Below the pieces are notes generated by a model, which had not been told where the DNA came from, ran no database searches, and was given only the letters and a program-made list of their open reading frames with translations. The position numbers and the translations under genes were made by a program. From Eledone cirrhosa (taxonomy: Eukaryota): a stretch of 64,000 bases of DNA. The stretch's first letter is position 1; each line of letters opens with the position of its first letter. Where the stretch lies: assembly GCA_964016885.1 (NCBI GenBank), contig OZ024742.1, forward strand, positions 333,250,001 to 333,314,000, written 5' to 3'. Positions 58,991 through 64,000 of this stretch are shown here, piece after piece.

Positions 58991-60545
58991 ATGCAGCACA
59001 TCTTGAATGCATTTTCTGACGCTTGCACTGCCCTAGGATTGACTGTCAGTCTCAAGAAAACCGTCGTCATGTACCAACCTGCCCCTGGTAAGCAGTACAC
59101 TGAACCAAATATCTATGTGTATTGTAACCGACTTGGAGTGGTTGATCAGTTTGTCTACCTGGGAAGCACTGTCAATCGATACAGCAACCTTGACAGTGAA
59201 ATCTCACTTAGGATTAGGAAAGCAAGTGATGCTTTCGGAAAGCTAGAAAGGCGACTCTGGGGTCGGCGAGACATATGCAGGAGGACAAAGGTAAAGGTGT
59301 ATAAAGCATGTGTGCTCTCTTGTCTTCTTTATGCCTGCGAGACCTGAGTCACACATCGACACCACCTTAAGCAATTGGAGCGTTTCCATCAGATGTGTCT
59401 CAGACGGATCCATGGCGTTCACTGGAGGGACCACATCAGTGATGTCGAGATTTTGGAAAGCTCTATGTGTGACAGTATAGAAGCTCTTGTGCTTAAGCAA
59501 CGACTCCGTTGGAGTGGTCACCTTGCCAGGATGAAGGATTCTAGAATACCAAAACAACTCTTTTATGGAGAGTTGGTTAAAGGAAAACGACCGCCACATA
59601 ATCCAAAAAAGAAGTATAAGGATTCCTTGAAAGCCTCTTAGAAAGATGCTAACATCTCTGCTGATACACGGGAAAATATCGCTGCTGATCGTAACAAATG
59701 GAGAAAGACTGTATATGAGGGAAAAGTTGCCTTTGAGGCATTTCCAATCGCATACGAGAAAGTAAAGCGGGATGTGAGGACGGGCATTGCTGTTGCACTT
59801 CCAGACGGCGAGGGTCCTCCTATGGTGCTGACATGCAGCGTCTGTGCGAGACTCGGCCTAAGCAAACCTGGACTCGAAAGTCATCTTCGCAGTCATATAG
59901 TAAGACCAGTAGTTGACTACCAGGCTGCTGTTGGAGATGCTACTCATCATGCTTGCCAAACATGCGGTGGAGAATGTAAATCAGCAGGAGGGCTCAAGAG
60001 ACATGCAAAAGTACATAAACTCCAACCACAGCCGGCTAATCCCAGTGAATGTTTTGGTTGCCGACTCTGTGCAAGACATTTTAGATCGTTGGCTGGGCTA
60101 AAAAGCCACATTCGATCGCAGCGCTGTTAGTTGCTCTCGTGTGTGTGTGTATAGATATGTTTATGTGTGTGCGTGTGTGTGTATATATATATGTATATGT
60201 ATATTATTATTATTATTATTGTCGTTATTATTATTTTTGTTGTTATTATTATTATTATTATTGTTATTAATGTATAAGTGTGTATGTATATATATGTGTG
60301 TGTATATATGTATATGTATGTGTATATATATATATATACATATATATTTCTTTTTTTTATTTAATTTTATTTTTTATTTATTTATTAATATTTTTTTCTC
60401 CTCATGCATTGGCCATACTCGATAACGAGGGGGCAGCCATCATGTATGTATGTATGTATGTATGTATGTATGTATGTATGTATGTATGTATGTATGTATG
60501 TATGTATGTGTGTATGTATGTATATATGTGTGTATGTATGTATGT
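58991..60545 (+). mobile_element. 5'-truncated RTE/BovB-like LINE; disrupted ORF 58991-60130 ends in three C2H2-type zinc fingers; (ATGT)n tail
   Basis: GLTVSLKKTVVM, FVYLGS, RIRKASDAFGKL, LLYACET*, LERFHQMCLRRI, RLRWSGHLARM..RIPKQLFYGEL; then CSVC..HLRSH, CQTC..HAKVH, CRLC..HIRSQ. Confidence 0.92.
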
Positions 60546-61132
60546 CATTTACAACTCACAACTCTATAGTTTTATCTGGCCTCCTACGAGACTGAATCAT
60601 GTGTTATAATGAAAGTGATTCCCGTCCAATCATTAAAATAATCTCGGATTGAGGCGTATTGCGTGAGAGCACAACATGCTGCCAGGTCCAGAAATCGAAA
60701 CCAAGCCTTTTGATTGGGAATTGAAAACACTAACCAATATACCACACGCTTCCACGAGGTATGTATGAATATTTGTATATGCAGGTGTATGTATTTCACG
60801 TTACCGTGGTAGATAGTGAAAGCTATGAGTTATTTTCTTTTTGTTAATGAGAAACGAATCTGATATAACAGATTTTAGGGAAACAATTTTCTCCCTTAGA
60901 GAACCCAATCCATATGTCAGTCAAGCTGATGGATCAAAGCAAGAAAGAATAAAGAGGTTGGAACTGGTTGAAACTTTAATCGTCGGACATAGGAAACCCA
61001 ACACTTGCGTTAAATGAAGCTTTTATACAGCAGAGCATAGGAAGAAAAGGGGTGAACATGGAATGGGATAGAAATTGTGTGAGACAAAGTGAGAAAGAGA
61101 GGGGAAACGAATGTATATATATGATTGGCAAC

Positions 61133-61150
61133 ATGACCCTCCCAAAGTGT

Positions 61151-61158
<8 letters not shown>
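61133..61158 (+). repeat. Solo family D arm end
   Basis: atgaccctcccaaagtgtaacaatat resembles 35595-35620 and abuts (TA)n. Confidence 0.55.
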
Positions 61159-61188
<30 letters not shown>

Positions 61189-61202
61189 AGAGAGAGGGAG
61201 AG

Positions 61203-61282
<80 letters not shown>

Positions 61283-61692
61283 AGATAGAGATAGATAGAG
61301 AGATAGATAGGTAGGTAGATAGATTAGATAGATAGGTAATGATGAATATATTCTGAGAAAGTGAGATAGAAAATCATGCTAAGAAAGTGACAAAGTTACT
61401 TAAACAGTGAGATAAAATGACTGAAAGAAGAGAAACTTGGAGGAAAAAGATATTTGCGTTTGTATGAATCTGTATGTGTATATGTGGCGTGTTGTATGTT
61501 TGTGTATGTTTCAGCATGTGCATTTCCGAGGAGAATGTAATGAGAGTTATTTGGAATCTATAAGGCATACTGAAAAAAACTATGTAACTTTGTTTCGTAA
61601 GAATATCCATTTTGATATTAGGCAATTATTCACAAATATCAGTACAGCAGAAGAGAGTTAATTCTAACCAGAAAAGAATATTAGGAAACAAG

Positions 61693-62320
61693 CTAGTGTG
61701 TCCGAAGCACTATCGGTAGAGGGTCGGACGCCATGCTTTGACGCATAGAGTTACGGCCCTTGCCATTCTGAGTTCAAATCCCGCCGAGGTTAACTTTGCC
61801 TTTCATCCTTAGGGGGTCAATAAAATAATGTACCAGTAATGCACTTGATAATTGCTGGCCTTGTGCCAAGAGTAGAAACAACTATTGTCAATTATATTCT
61901 TTGAATATAATTGTTTCTACTTTTTTGGCACAAGGCCAGCAATTACCCAGTACATTACTGGTACTTTATTTTATCGACCTCGTAAGGATGAAAAGCAAAG
62001 TTCACCTCGGCGGGATTTGACTTCAGAATGAAAAGGACCGTAACTATGCGTCAAAGCATGACGTCCGACCCTCTACCGATACTGCCAATCCACCGCCCTT
62101 CAAATAATATAATGTGCTTCGGACACACTAGAAGGGTGGTGAATTGGCAGTATTGGTAGAAAGGTCGGACATGCTTTCCAGCGTAGTTACGTCCCTTTAC
62201 GATCTGAGTTCAAATCCCGCCGAGGTTAACTTTGCATTTCATCCTTACGGATTCGATAAAATAAAGTACCAGTAATGTACTGAGTATTTGCTGGCCTTGT
62301 GCCAAAAGTAGAAACAATTA
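61693..62320. mobile_element. Three family A SINEs (+ 61711-61887, - 61908-62099, + 62134-62320)
   Basis: Consensus matches, with an 18-bp inverted repeat at 61693-61710 / 62114-62131. Confidence 0.9.
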
Positions 62321-62851
62321 TATTCAAACAATTATTAAATATATGCTTATCAGATGCAATTCCCGGACAATATCATATAAACTATACGTCTTCATAAACA
62401 TTATAATGTTTAGGCTATGTAAACAATCCGCACACGCACGTTGTAGAGCTATATATGTTGGTAGAAATCAGTAACTGAATGATCAATATGTAATTGGTAT
62501 ATACTTATTAAAGATGGAGCAGATAATGTTCATAGAACTCAATGCAGCGTTGTCGTGGTAGATTCAACAAGGCAATGCTTTCAGAGGAGAATGTTCCACA
62601 AGACCTGCGGGACGTGGTCAATGCAATTTCGAGGTCTTCAAAGGTCCTACAATCATACACATCTCGGAAATAATCTCAAGATTTCTCGAACATCTTCATG
62701 AGATTGTATATTTCGTCGAAAACTTCACTGTTCATAAGTTAGCATGGAGCCGATAATATCCTTTCATATTGCTGCTAGAAACTTAGCATAGTCATTACCA
62801 TGAAGGTATACCAAACATATGCCTCTCTTATATATATATCTATATACATAC

Positions 62852-63338
62852 TTATATTTAAGTAACAGCCGTACTAAGTGTGGGAAATGAAATTTCGTTT
62901 CATTTTTTCCGTATATCGTGTTCGGTGCACCCGGCCGATTAACCTACTCGATATGCAAATTGGGCTACTCAGCCGTTAATATGCATAAGGTAAGTATATA
63001 CGTTCAACAATCTGGCAGGAAGGTATACGTTGCTGACGATAGCAAATAAGCTTGAAACTAGTACACCGTTCCTGTGTCAGTGTTGAACAAACGATCAACG
63101 ATGGTTGCTAGACACTACGGCTTAATACGGGATGTTTGTTTACAAACACACCGAGCATTATAATAAATGTTCGGTGAATCCATACGTACATATATATATA
63201 TATATATATGTGCATGTATGTATATATATATACATACTTCTGAAAGTCTGTATACATATATGTATGTACGTGTACATATTTATATTTAAGTAACAGCCGT
63301 ACTAAGAGTGGGAAATGAAATTTCGTTTCATTTTTTCC

Positions 63339-63340
<2 letters not shown>
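62852..63340 (+). mobile_element. Retrozyme-like non-coding unit: 61-nt terminal direct repeats (period 428) with a central HHR
   Basis: 62852-62912 matches 63280-63340 (1 mismatch); (TA)n flanks. Confidence 0.75.
63002..63088 (+). ncRNA. Canonical minimal type I hammerhead
   Basis: cgttg-CTGACGA-tagc aaataa gctt-GAAAC ta GTA-caccg. Stem III is the palindrome ACTAGT. Stem I is extended by cagga/tcctg and gttcaaca/tgttgaac. Confidence 0.8.
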
Positions 63341-63433
<93 letters not shown>

Positions 63434-63469
63434 TTTATTTATATAGTAATAATAATAAATTTGAAGACT

Positions 63470-63547
<78 letters not shown>

Positions 63548-63636
63548 GTAATAATAATAAATTTGAAGACTAACATCCAAAGAGGGCTCGATAAGGATAA
63601 ATATATATAAAATATATAAGAACCGTATATGTATGT

Positions 63637-63730
<94 letters not shown>

Positions 63731-63732
63731 TA

Positions 63733-63806
63733 TAACAAAGGAATTGTGGTAAGGAACCAGATGGACCATAACGCACCACAGTACTCAGTACTCAATTACT
63801 TAGGTA
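63733..63806 (-). mobile_element. Solo family B tail
   Basis: Reverse complement of 48918-48982. Confidence 0.85.
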
Positions 63807-64000
63807 AATATATGTAAAAAATGGGGAGAAGAATACTGCAGGTTGCACATGGTTAACATGTTATAAAATGAGTCCCTCATCAGTGATTTGCCAACGATCA
63901 TAGATATTTCATTGCATTAAAAATCATATACCTCACGTTGGTGCAATAATAACTAAATTAAGTTATTAGGACAATTAAAACGCGTAAAGCGAGTGAGACA

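Noticed and set aside
62330-62820. PIF/Harbinger transposase relic (minus)
   Set aside because: Only faint motif resemblance; cannot be supported without a search.

Overview
AT-rich, microsatellite-saturated eukaryotic DNA. The SINE families, RTE/Tx1/R4 LINE remnants and (TA)n load resemble octopod cephalopod genomes, but that is inference only. I see no intact host gene; most ORFs in the track are translations of simple repeats. The window contains about 17 copies of a tRNA-type SINE, LINE relics (Tx1, RTE with C2H2 fingers, R4/Dong), a hAT relic and three GIY-YIG Penelope-like element (PLE) remnants. The main signal is a population of several (TA)n-embedded elements that carry hammerhead ribozyme (HHR) motifs. 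At least 10 have a fold-back layout: a (TA)n run, an inverted arm, a spacer, the sense arm, usually a 35-90 nt unpaired 3' extension, then (TA)n. Three unrelated families use the compensatory U3-A8 HHR core (TTGANAA instead of CTGANGA). Two short non-coding HHR units have terminal direct repeats (periods about 303 and 428 nt) and look like retrozyme/circular-RNA monomers. All alignments and folds were done by eye, so coordinates are approximate to a few nt.
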